DNA of 64,000 bases, taken from contig OX597816.1 of the NCBI GenBank assembly GCA_951406725.2, positions 74,028,001-74,092,000 on the forward strand. The letters are read 5' to 3'. Each line of letters starts with the position of its first letter. Positions within the stretch are counted from its first letter, which is position 1. This DNA is from Octopus vulgaris (taxonomy: Eukaryota). This document shows positions 37,442-48,757 of the stretch, one piece after another. The position numbers and the translations under genes were made by a program. The notes below the pieces were generated by a model. That model worked only from the letters and a program-made list of their open reading frames with translations. It was not told the origin of the DNA and did not search any database.

Positions 37442-38156
37442 CCTTTCTACTATAGGTACAAGACCTGAAGTTTCGGTGAAGATGAGGGTTAGTTCATTAC
37501 ATTTCCCCCACACCCACACATAATGGACTTCTCTCAGTTTCCTTCTACCAAATCCACTCACAATACTTTGGTCAAGCCAAGGTTATAACAGAAGACACCC
37601 AAGGTGCCATGTAGTGGAACTGAACCCAGAGTCATGTGGTTGGAAAGCAAACTTATTAATACAGCCATCCCTGCAACTAATAATAATAATAATAATAAAA
37701 TTAATAATTCTTTCTACTCTAGGCACAAGGTCTGAAATTTGGCGGAAGGGGATAGTTGATTAGATTGACCCCAGTACGCAATTGGTACTTAATTTATCAA
37801 CCCTGAAAGGATGAAAGGCAAGGTCGACCTTGGCAGAATTTGAACTCGGAACATAGCGGTAAACGAAATACCGCTCAGCATTTCACCCAGCCTGCTAACG
37901 ATTCTGCCAGCTTACTGTTATAATAATAATAAAATAATAATAATAATAATAATAATAATAACTGTTTAAAATTTTTGCCACATGGGCAGCTTAGGAGAGA
38001 TGACCCCAGTGCTGAACTGGTACTTAATTTATTGACCCCGTAAAGATGAAAGGCAAAGTCAACCTCAGCAGAAATTGAACTCAGAACATAGCAGCAAACG
38101 AAATACCACTAAGCATTTCACCCGATGTGCTAATGATTCTGCCAGCTCATCGCCTT
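37205..38156 (-). mobile_element. Cluster of SINE family B copies (37205-37390, 37708-37915, 37965-38156) plus a family A head (37525-37675), separated by (AAT)n
   Basis: Repeated GGATGAAAGGCAAAGTC...AATTTGAACTC...CTAACGATTCTGCCAGCTC. Confidence 0.85.
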
Positions 38157-38244
38157 AATAATAAAAATACTACTAATAATAATGATACATTATTTACATT
38201 GTTTACATTATTTATGGATATTTGTCCTCATCTTGTTTGTAGTT

Positions 38245-38290
38245 AACACAACATTTCGGCTGATAAACCTTCCATCCTTCATCAGGTGTC
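38245..38290 (-). ncRNA. Minimal type-I hammerhead ribozyme (best-preserved copy)
   Basis: GACAC-CTGATGA-A-GGATG[GAAGGTTTAT]CAGCC-GAAA-TG-TT-GTGTT. Stem I GACAC/GTGTT, both core boxes and the UH site are present; stem II has one mismatch and stem III is minimal. Confidence 0.75.
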
Positions 38291-38371
38291 TTGGGGAAAT
38301 TTCGAACCTAAAGTATTTTTCAATGTTGTTGTTGTTGTTGTTGCTGTTGCTGCTGCTGCTGTTGCTGTTGC

Positions 38372-38411
<40 letters not shown>

Positions 38412-38498
38412 GCTGCTGCTGTTGCTGTTGTTGCGGTGGTGGTGGTTAACAGCGCAGGCTACTAACCCCAAGATTCTGAGTTCGATTCCAGGCAATAA

Positions 38499-38534
<36 letters not shown>

Positions 38535-38605
38535 CGACAACAACAACAACAACAAACTTTGAAAGATACCTTAGGAATGAGAACCCAGGTTCGAAATTTC
38601 CCCAA

Positions 38606-38651
38606 GACACCTGATGAAGGCTGGAGAGTATATCAGCCAAAATGTTGTGTT
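38606..38651 (+). ncRNA. Minimal type-I hammerhead ribozyme motif with G12->A mutation
   Basis: GACAC-CTGATGA-A-GGCTG[GAGAGTATAT]CAGCC-AAAA-TG-TT-GTGTT. Confidence 0.65.
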
Positions 38652-38784
38652 AACAATAAACAAGATGAGGACAAATATCCGTCAATTGTAAATAATGTAC
38701 ATAGTTCCTCATCTCTTAAGTATAGAACTGTAATAATAATGATAATGTAGAGAAATTCATTTAGCAGTAGAGTAAGATCTTAAT

Positions 38785-39000
38785 CTTTTCTACTCTTGGC
38801 ATAAGGCCCAAAATTTTGGGGGAGGGGGCCAGTCAATTAGATCGACTCCAGAAAGCAACTGGTACTTAATTTATCGACTCCGAAAGGATGAAAGGCAAAA
38901 TCAACCTTGGCGGAATTTGAACTCAGAATGTAAAGACAGATGAAATACCACTAAGCATTTTGCCCGGTGTGCTAACATTTCTGCTAGGTCACCACCTTAG
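38785..39000 (-). mobile_element. SINE family B
   Basis: Full reverse-complement match to the 6699-6918 consensus. Confidence 0.85.
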
Positions 39001-39349
39001 AGTAAGATCTTAATGACAGTGGAATGAAATGTGGCTGTCTGCAGAAATGAACTATTTGTCATAGGAAGTATCAGCTGCTAAAATCCAATCAAATATTGAA
39101 CAGATTAAAAATCACTAATTATAGTTACTGACAAGATAATTATCTTGCTCGTATGCATTCTACAAAAAAAAAAAAAAAATCAATGCAACATCTCTGGGGT
39201 TTTTAGTTATTATTCTAATTAGATGTCATAATTTCCAGTTATTATTTTGGCAAATTTCTTCAATTTATAGCTTAAAGAGTAAAAAACAACAAAAAATCTA
39301 ATGTCTATTACAAATAATGATTTTTTTTTTTAATTATTGGTATCATGTT

Positions 39350-39790
39350 AAAAGCACTGGTGTCACATAGAAAGCACTAGTGCCATATAGAAAACATTGG
39401 TGTCACATAGAAAGCACTGGTGCCACATAAAAAGTGCTGGTGTCACATAAAAGGTGCTGGTGCCATGTGAAAAACACTGGTGCTTCTGCTATGTAAAAAG
39501 CACTGGTGGTGGTGTCACAAAAATCAATGGTGCTGGTGTCACGTAAAATGTACTGTTGCTGGTACCACATAGGAAGCACCAGTGCCAGTGACACATGAGA
39601 AGCACCCAGTACACTCCATAAAGTGGTTGTCATTAGGAAGGGCATCCGGCAGTAGAAACTGTGCCAAAACAGACAATGGAACCAGGTGTAGGGCCTTGCT
39701 TTGCCGGCTCCTTGTCAAACCATCCAACTCATGCCAGCATGGAAAACAGATGTTAAATGATGATAATGATGACGACAACGACGACGATGA
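39350..39790 (+). mobile_element. SINE family C with degenerate internal minisatellite
   Basis: AAAGCACTGGTGTCACATAG-like units, then AGGAAGGGCATCCGGCAGTAGAAA and (GAT/GAC)n tail. Confidence 0.75.
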
Positions 39791-40192
39791 TTGTAATTTG
39801 TGGACAGAAATGTTTTAGGTTTCTATTAAGTCAGCCATTGGTTTACTGCTTTTCTTATGGTGACATTAACTTGTAGAGGATGGCGTGTCTGGCGACACTC
39901 AGAAACTTATGTTGCTTCTTCGTAGGCAATCATCAATTCCCAAAGAGAGATGCAATGTTTTATGAGATTCTTTTCTGTGATAGAACTTTCGCATATGTGT
40001 GTGCGTTTGTGTATGTGTGTGTTTGTGTGTATGTGAGATTGCGTGTGTGTGTGTGAGAATGTGCAATCCTTTAGTTGTCAAAAGAAGTCACCATCATCAT
40101 TAAACATCCGTTTTCCATGCTGGCATGGGTTGGACGGTTTGACTGGGACTGCCGAGGTCAGGAGCCACAGCAAGTTCCATTTTTTGATTTGA

Positions 40193-40620
40193 CTAGCACT
40201 ATAACCCGGTGTTGCCAGGTCATAGTGAAGCCTTCTTAGTTGTTTGAGTGTTTCGTTAGATTCCAGCCTGTTGCAGTGTCTGTTGTGCTAAACTCATGTC
40301 TATAACAGTGACACATTTCCTGTTGTATGTCAAGGTAGTTGTTCAATGTCCAGGAGAGGTTTGCCATGAGATCTGCTGTGCGTAGATTTGGTTAAAAACT
40401 GAATTGTCTTGTAGACATAAATTAGTTCCTGGATTATTGATTTTAATACTTTGAGGTTGATGCTGAGTAGTGATTGTAATACAAGTCACCCATGAATAAT
40501 TTTATGGTAAATCATGACCTGAAGAATTTTCTGAAAAACACTGGCATCAAACGAATGTAAATTTGGAAACATAGTCAAAGAGTTTCCTTTTTACTGTGGA
40601 ATTTACTACAAAAAAAGTGA
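40193..40620 (-). mobile_element. Helitron 3' end with possible helicase C-terminal relic
   Basis: Minus-strand terminus hairpin ACCTGG-CAACA-CCGGGT (40220-40204), 7 nt, then CTAG|T. Upstream relics resemble SHGQLY (CATGGGTGACTTGTAT) and VYKTI (GTCTACAAGACAATT). Confidence 0.6.
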
Positions 40621-41229
40621 AGAGGTTTCTTAACTTTCACTTCATGTGTCCATAAAGTTTGGCTGCAAGAAGTGGCTTAGTTCTTTAACTTTCTTGAAAT
40701 GACAATTCCTTAAATTTATAATGGTGTAACCTCTTGGTATTAGAAATGTGAAACAGAAGATGAATTAGAAAATTACTATTTTTAAATCTCACAATGAGAG
40801 ATATACAGCAACAGTACTTTGGAGTAAAGATTTTTGCCAACATAACATGGCAGTCCTGGTTTAGGATGAATGTTGCTGTAATTTAGCCCCAGGAGACATT
40901 GTCTCCAGTTGGTTATACGACACAATCTGTATCCTTATATTTTCAAACAAGGGAATCTAGCTGATTAAGGGAAATAACCCGGAAATCGCGATACACAGAT
41001 ATTGTTTTGTGCTGATTTGATGGGGTTCTTTCAGTTTCCATCTACCATATCCACTCACAAGGCTTTGGTCAGCCTGAGGCTATAGTAGAAGACAGTTGCC
41101 CAAGGTTCTACGCAGTGGAACTGAATCCAGGACTATGTAGTTGGTATAAGCAAGCTACTTACCACACAGCCACTCTTACTCCTACTGTTAATATCAAGTA
41201 AATGATTGCAGCTAGAAAAAAAATCATAG

Positions 41230-41269
41230 ACTGTTACTCAGAGTTTCATGTGGTCCTTCATCAGACAAC
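41230..41269 (-). ncRNA. Minimal type-I hammerhead motif with weak stem II
   Basis: GTTGT-CTGATGA-AGGACCACAT-GAAA-CTCTGAG-TA-ACAGT. Core boxes are intact, stem III is near-palindromic (ACTC-T-GAGT), and there is a GUA site with stem I GUUGU/ACAGU. Confidence 0.6.
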
Positions 41270-41784
41270 TTTTTACTTTTTCGACACAAAAATTTGTTTT
41301 TATCAACAATATTTATACAGGAAAAAAATAGAAAACAACCATTGAAAGTATAAAAGATCAAATTATCAAAAGAAAAACACCCACCCATGACCATCTCACC
41401 AAGGAAACAAAGAAAATGAAGGAAAAAGGGAGTAGAATTAAGTAGCAGAAGATGGAGTAGGTGGGGGGAATAACGGGTTGTACATCCCTGAACAAATGGC
41501 ATGTTTAGCTTTGTCTTAAAGGAATGATTGCAAAGGCGTTGCCATATTTTATCTTTCTATCAATACATGTTTAAGAACAAAACTAAATTTCATTTTTGAA
41601 ACCAGATTTTTTGGAACTGGAATATGTGTGTGTATGTATATGTATGTGACGTATATGTGTATGTGTGTATAATATGTAACTGTGTGTGTGTCTATATATT
41701 TATATAAGCTTTACCACAAGATCAATAAAACTACACATGATTACCCACCCCTCCCCACCCCATTAGATAATCTCTTATTAACTA

Positions 41785-42071
41785 CCATAATCCCTCGACT
41801 ATTGCGGGTGTTACATTCCAAAACCTCCCACAGAAATAATTAAAATCTAAAAAGAAAAATATAAATACTTATCGCCTGAAGAAACCCGCGACATACTGAG
41901 GAGATCGCGATATAAAATTATGGCTGTGTGGTGAGTAGCTTGCTTACCAACCACATGGTTCCAGGTTCAGTCCCACTGTGTGGCACCTTGGGCAAGTGTC
42001 TTCTACTATAGCTTCAGGCTGCCCAAAGCCTTGTGAGTGGATTTGGTAGATGGAAACTGAAAGAAGCCCAT

Positions 42072-42108
<37 letters not shown>

Positions 42109-42384
42109 ATGTTTGTGCATCTGTATTTGTCCCCCAACATCACTTGACAACCAATGCTGGTGTGTTTACATCCCCATCACTTAGCAGTTTGGTAAGAGAC
42201 ACTGATAGAATAAGTACTAGGCTTACAAAGAATAAGTCCTGGGGTCGATTTGTTTAATTAAAGGCGGTGCTCCAGCATGGCTGCAGTCAAATGGCTGAAG
42301 CAAATAAAAGAATTTATTATCCAGAAAAATCCGCGATGTACTGAGTATGTGATAGGTGAACCATGGTATGGCGAGGGATTACTG
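41785..42384. mobile_element. Tigger/pogo-like MITE (same family as 12729-12939) interrupted by a full SINE family A copy (41920-42315)
   Basis: CATAATCCCTCGACTATTGCGGGTGTTACATTCCAAAACCTCCC ... GCGAGGGATTACTG|TA. Confidence 0.78.
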
Positions 42385-42911
42385 TATTATCATATTTATC
42401 CTTTAGATTATTAACCATTGCATTAATTTTCTAATCTCCTTAACCTTATTCTTAATTTCATTTTACCTTAATTCAGATCAACATCAGTTTAGACTATTTA
42501 ATCATTTATTACTATTAATACTAAACCTGACACATTTCAAATATGGCAAGTAGCTGTGTGCTAAGAAGTTTACTTCCTTACCACATGGTTTCAGGTTCAA
42601 TCCTATTGTGTGGCACCTTGGGCAAGTGTCTTCTACTACAGCCTTGGGCCAAGCAAAGCCTTGTGAATGGATCTGGTAGAAGAAAACTGAAAGAGTATAT
42701 ATGTGTGTGTGTGTGTTTGTGTGTCTGTATTTATCTGTGACTTAGTGGTTTGTAAAAAGGAACTGATAGAATAAGTACCAAGCTTGAAAAATAATAAGCA
42801 CTGGTGTCAATTTGTTTGACTAAAATTCCTCAAGCTGGTGGTGCCCCAGTATGACCACAGACTGAAGCAACTAAAAAGAAAAAAACCCAGCACATTAATA
42901 GTATTGATGTA

Positions 42912-44120
42912 TCGGGTTGTTAAGAATGAAATGTCCAATCTTCTTATACACCAAGTTTGACAGTCATTAACTCTAATCTTTTATCCTGACAATTCTTTCT
43001 TTTACAACATTTAAGAGTTACATCATTGCTTTTCGAAATGCAATTCATGGTGTCCAATTATATTGTGAGTTTTCTCTTGTAAATCAGTTTTTGTGAACCC
43101 ATAGAGAGATAAAAAATTCATGTTGTTTATGAATGGAACCAATGCAACCAGCTTGAAACATGAATGAGCTGTTTGAAGATGTGGCAAATGAGCCCACTGT
43201 ATGTTGATGGTTTGAGAAGTTCCTGTCTGGTGACTTTACTCTTGAAAATCAGCCCCGTCATAGACCTGAGACCAAGGTGGATAATGATGAGCTGGAAACT
43301 GTAGTGGATTTTAATTCCAACTGTATTGGACCATCTGAAGCAAATTGGCAAGGTAAAGAAGCTGGATGAGTAAGTATCACAAACTGAATGAGCATCAAAT
43401 GACACGTCGTCTTGAAATTTGCTGTTCTTTGCTGTCGCGGCATAAAAGCAAACTATTTTTGCATCATATTGTTATGTGTGATGAAAAATGGATTCTTTTC
43501 TGCAATACAAAGTGTTTTGCATGGTGGTTGGATAGAGACAAAGTGCCAAAACAATCCCCCAAAAAAAAATTCACCAAAAAAAGCTAATGGTATATGTTTG
43601 GTGGTCCAGTGAGGGTATCATCCACTACAGCTTCATGAAACCTGGTTAGTCAATTACAGCGAATTTATACATAAACTAATTGGATGAAATGATGAGCGAA
43701 CTTGCAATTAAACAACCGAGATTGCTCAATAGAGACAGGCCAATTCTCTTGCAAGACAATGCTTGACCACATGTTGCACAAAGAACGCTACTCAAGTTAC
43801 AGGAACTGAACTTGGAAGTATTCTGTCATCCACTATATTTACCAGACCTTGCACCAACTGACTATCATGTTTTCCAGGCATTAGACAACTTTTTGCAAGA
43901 AACAGCTTCAAATCTGAAGATGCAAAAACAGCTTTTCGTGATTTCATCACCTCTTACTCTCCGGAATTCTTCGCTGCCAGCATAAATAAGCTGCCAATAA
44001 AATGGCAAAATTGTTTTGATAATTTAGGTGCATACTTTGATTAGCTGCATTGCTTTTTGTTGAGATAAAGTAAAATAAACTTACAGTTCAAAATTGGACA
44101 TTTCATTTTTAATGACCTGA
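42912..44120 (+). mobile_element. Mariner (DD34D) transposon, near full length, pseudogenised
   Basis: TA|TCGGGTTGTTAAGAATGAAATGTCCAAT ... ATTGGACATTTCATTTTTAATGACCTGA|TA. Motifs IVMCDEKWI, LLQDNA*PH and Y(L)PDLAPTDY. Confidence 0.92.
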
Positions 44121-44342
44121 TAGATATAACAACTCACTCTAACACCACAAAACTTTACTCAAAAGATTATCTCCATCTTTTACTCAATCTAAATCCCTAC
44201 ATTTTTTATTCTATACACAAAATCTAAAAATATTTGTATTTGTGTCACAAAACCAAAAAAGCACCCAGTACTTTCTGTAGTGGTTGCCATTAGGAAGGGC
44301 ATCCTGTCAATAGAAGCAATGCCAGAAGTAGACATTGAAGTA

Positions 44343-45625
44343 TTGGTCATCTCATAAATAATGATGCTTTTTTTATACTTCTTTTATTTTTCACAATTAA
44401 GATAAACAAACTTCTTTTTTAATCTAAAATATACTCTCTTTCATTTTCTACAATGTTCTTCCATCAATCTGGTAGATTTGCACAGCCCCTCTTCCAAAAT
44501 TCACTCATCCATGATGAAAAATACTCCTTCAGTACTGTCTTGACCTCATCTACAGAATTCATATTTCTTCCGTCAAAATGATTTTGAAGACTGCGGAATA
44601 AATGATAATCAGATTGGGCAATGTCCAACAAATATGGTGGGTGGGGCATCGTTTCCCATTCAAACTGCCCTAGCCTTTGGAATGTCATCATCACTGTATG
44701 TGGCCGAGCATTATCCTGATGGAAGAACACCTTTCATTTTGAAACCAAAGATGGTCATTTTTCTTCCAGCGCTGACTTAAGCCGCTCGAGCTGCTTGCAG
44801 TAGATCTCCTGTTATTGTTTGGTTTGGGTTTAAAAATTCAAAGTGGACTTAGCCTTTCATATTCCACCAAACAGATAACAACACCTTATTAGGGTGTAGA
44901 TCTTTAGCCTGGAGTGCTGGTGTTTCTCCTTTCCCTACCCACTGTTTTCAGTGATTGACATTTTTATAGAGAACCTGTTTCTTGTCACCAGTCACTATTC
45001 AGTCCAAAAAGGGTTCTTTCAGGAAATGTAACAGCAAAGAAGAGCACACATCCACTCTCTGCATACGATTAGATTTGTAAAGTTTGTGAGGAACCCATTG
45101 ACCCAATTTGCTGGCTTTTCTGATGACATACACTTGTCAATGAATGATTAAATGACCAAATCCAAGCTCCTGTGCTAGTTCCTCAACTGTTATGATGGGA
45201 TTTTGTTCCACCAGGGTTTGTAGGATATCTTCGTCGAGCTCTACAGATCTTCCAGGATGAGGCTCATCTTCTAGGCTGTAGTTTCCAGCTCAGAATTTCT
45301 GGAACCACCGTTGATACTGGCTTGCGCTTACTGTCCGATCCCCATATACTGATTAATATTTCTCACACTTTTTGTTGTGTTGTTGCCTTTATTAAACTCA
45401 TAAAGCAAAATATGCTGAATATGCCACTTCCTCACTTCCATTATAGCTTTGAAAAAATCACTGTCAAAATTGAATGACACACTTCAAAACTTGCACTGAG
45501 AATAAGTACAAGGTAAAATTACTACTTGCTGTTATAGCAAGTCGATGCAGGTAGTTTATCCCATCCCCCTCCGACTTTTAGTTCATGCAATTGAAAAAAA
45601 CTACATCATTTATGGGATGATCCAA
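44343..45625 (-). mobile_element. Mariner (DD34D) transposon of a different lineage, near full length, pseudogenised
   Basis: TA|TTGGTCATCTCATAAATAATG ... CATCATTTATGGGATGATCCAA|TA. ORF 44464..44730 has FHQDNARPH...HPPYLLDIAQSDYHLFRSL. Confidence 0.92.
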
Positions 45626-46580
45626 TATAATGAGGTGCTCCATCTTGTCAGATCATGTAAAATCATCAAACGCATGTCAGCATGGCAGATGAATGTTAAA
45701 CTTCCTAACCCCTACACTTTGCCTGCATCATATATAATGAAGGCACGTGGCCTAGTGGTTAGGGTGTTGCACTCACGATCGCTAGACCACAGGTTTAATT
45801 CCTGGACTAATTAGTTGTGTTCTGGAGCAAAGCACTTCATTTTATGTGGCTCCAGTCCACTTAGCTGTAAATGGATACACCCTACAATGGACTGACTGGG
45901 GGAATGTTGGCCTGCTGAGTGACATCATTCGAAAGCTTAAAACAATGATGCAAAGTGCATTCTGACTAGTGATGTGTAACAACATTTGATGGTGTGGTCA
46001 ATCAAGCAATATAATATGCATACATATATATGTACATATTCATACACATGCACACACACATATATGCATGTACATATACACATATGAAATATTTTATGTA
46101 CAAATGGCATGTATTAGAAGTATTTAATGTAAATAGCCTGCAGTATATATCTTTCTATTCTTTCTACATACAAAAAAAAGGGGAGATCACTTTGACATGT
46201 TTCATGGCTAGTTGACCACTCTTCAGAAGCACCCTTCACTCTTCTCTCCACAAAGCCAACTTGATAGCAGTCACTATTTAAATCAGATATAAACCTGGAT
46301 CCAGGTAGAATAATGAGACTAATTTGCATATATTGTGGATTAGTTGCCAGCATGAGTAACTGCTTCTCTAAATATTTCAGGCAAAAACAGCATGTATTAT
46401 TAAATAAGGAAAATTTGATGTAATTATCCTACTGTGAGTAACACTTATGCTGTGGGAAGTAAGCAAATGTCAATACATCTTATTCTCCTCACATTTGCTT
46501 CTTTTTCTCCTCACTGCAAGCCTTATAATCTGCAACTTATATTGAATTTATCTAATATATACTGAAATATGTTATGGATG

Positions 46581-47970
46581 TATATCAGAAGCACTTGATA
46601 TTTCTAGTATATGCTATGGTGATATCCTATAAATACATCACTGTCATTCAGTAATTCATCACAGCCAATTTGTTTCTTTAGCAATGTATTTTATTTGATT
46701 AGAAAAAAAGATAACAGAGTTAGTAATTTAAAAATCAGTTGCATTAATGTAAATAACTGTCAACTATAATTTCTCATTCTCTCTCAGTGCATCTCTGTTC
46801 TCCATGGTACCTATGTACATGTATACCCATATCATCATCATTTAACATCCGCTTTCCATACTGGTATGAGTTGATCGGTTTGACTGACGGCTGGCAAGCC
46901 AGAAGGCTGCACCAGGCTCTACAGCTGGATGCCTTTCCTAACGCCAGTCACTCCAAGAGTGTAGTGGGTGCTTTTTATGTGCCACCAGTACAGGAGTCAG
47001 TCAAGCAGCTCTGGCATCGGCCACATTCTGATGGTGCTTTTTCCATGCCACTGGCAAAATTCTTTAGGGTGGTGCCCCAGCATGGTCGCAGACTGAAACA
47101 AGTAAAAGATAAAAGATAGTTGTGATGTCCCAGTTGGCTTGATCTCCACAATGCGTTTGACTCCAAGTTACACCCTCAGTAAATAGTCAGCTGTTATTCA
47201 TCATCATCATCGTTTAACGTCCGTTTTCCATGCTGGCATGGGTTGGGCGGTTTGACTGAGGACTGGCAAGCCAGAAGGCTGCACCAGGCTCCAATCCAAT
47301 CTGGCAATGTTTCTACAGCTGGATGCCCTTCCTAATGCCAACCACTCCAAGAGTGTAGTGGGTGTTTTTTACGTGCCACTAGTACAAGGGCCAGTCAAGC
47401 AGGACTGGCATCAACCATGCTTGAATGGTACTTTTTATGTGCCACTGGCATGGGAGCCAGTCAGGTGGAACTGGCATCGACCACCCAACGACCACCTCTG
47501 TGTGTGTGTGTGTGTGTGTCTTTTATCATTTATTTGAAAAATTTTAGTTGAATGAATTGACTGCAGTACTTATATATATGTATATATGACAAGCTTCTTT
47601 CAGTTTCCATCTACCAAATCCACCAACAAGGCTTTGGTCAGCCTAAGGCTATAGCAGAAGACACTTGCCCAAAGTGTCACTCTGTTGGACTGAACCCAGA
47701 ACCATGTGGTTAGGAAGCGAACTTCTTACCACACATTCACACCTGCATCTATGTTGAGATAGAATGAGAAATTCTAGTTGACAGTTATTTACATTGTCAT
47801 AACCTATTTCTGAATTACTAACTCTGTTATCTTTTTTCTAATCAAATAAAATACATTGTTAAAGAAATAAACTGGCTGTGATGAATTATCGAATGACAGT
47901 GATGTATTTATAGAATATCATGTATTTATAGAATATCATATACGAGAAAAATCAAATGGGACTGATATAT
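46581..47970. repeat. Inverted repeat pair (46581-46780 / 47761-47970) flanking a ~1-kb SINE cluster
   Basis: CAATGTATTTTATTTGATTAGAAAAAAAGATAACAGAGTTAGTAATT pairs with AATTACTAACTCTGTTATCTTTTTTCTAATCAAATAAAATACATTG. The spacer holds family C copies (46830-47055, 47198-47490) and family A pieces. Confidence 0.85.
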
Positions 47971-48062
47971 ATATTTAAAAATTGCAGTATCTTATATTAG
48001 AAATCTACATTACTACATTATATTTATATTTGTATACATAACATACATACATACATACATAC

Positions 48063-48121
<59 letters not shown>

Positions 48122-48125
<4 letters not shown>

Positions 48126-48434
48126 TGGCACTCCATCAGTTATGATGACAAAGATTCCAGTTGATCCGATCAACGGAACAGCCTGCTCGTGAAATTAATG
48201 TGCAAGTGGCTGAGCACTCCAAAGACACATGTACCCTTAATGTAGTTCTCAGGAAGATTCGGTGTGACATAGAGTGTTATAAGGGTGGCCCTTTGAAATA
48301 CAGGTAACATTCATTTTTCCAGCTGAGTGGACTGGAGCAATGTGAAATAAAGTGTCTTGCTCAAGGACACAATGCGTAGCCGGGAATTGAACTCATGACC
48401 TTATGCTCGTGAGCTGAATGCCCTAACCACTAAG

Positions 48435-48437
<3 letters not shown>
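48122..48437 (-). mobile_element. tRNA-derived SINE family D
   Basis: Minus strand GTGGCTTAGTGGTTAGGGC...GAGTTCAATTCCCGG...TGTGTCCTTGAGCAAGACACTTTATTTCAC...GGAGTGCCA. Other copies at 32815-33060, 45740-46010 and 63740-64000. Confidence 0.85.
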
Positions 48438-48475
<38 letters not shown>

Positions 48476-48477
<2 letters not shown>

Positions 48478-48757
48478 GACTTTGGAAACATTTTTTCACG
48501 CTAAGAGTTGCTGAAGCATGGAACAAACTGCCGGTATCAGTTGTCAGAGCACTGCATCCTTCAAAACTGCCATGCTTCCTGAGATTCGCCAGTACTACAC
48601 CTGATTTTCTCCCCTCCATACACACGCAAGCATATATCTGACTCATACACTGTTCACTTTCCAGATATTTGTACATTACTGCATATGCTTTATATGCACT
48701 TTTGACAAGTTGCGGTGCACCTGAGCACTGTATTCAATAATTTCATTATTATTATTA
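48476..48757 (+). mobile_element. CR1-clade LINE 3' end
   Basis: Translates KHFFTLRVAEAWNKLPVSVV...ASFKTAM, followed by 3'UTR and (ATT)n tail. Confidence 0.8.

Larger units (their letters stand above)
38186..38732. mobile_element. Fold-back tRNA-head/hammerhead element: inverted tail, (GTT/GCT)n, tRNA-like head, (AAT/AAC)n, forward tail
   Basis: 38186-38325 is the reverse complement of the 38560-38700 tail. Head 38441-38502 reads GTGGTTAACAGCGCAGGCTACTAACCCCAAGATTCTGAGTTCGATTCC. Confidence 0.8.
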
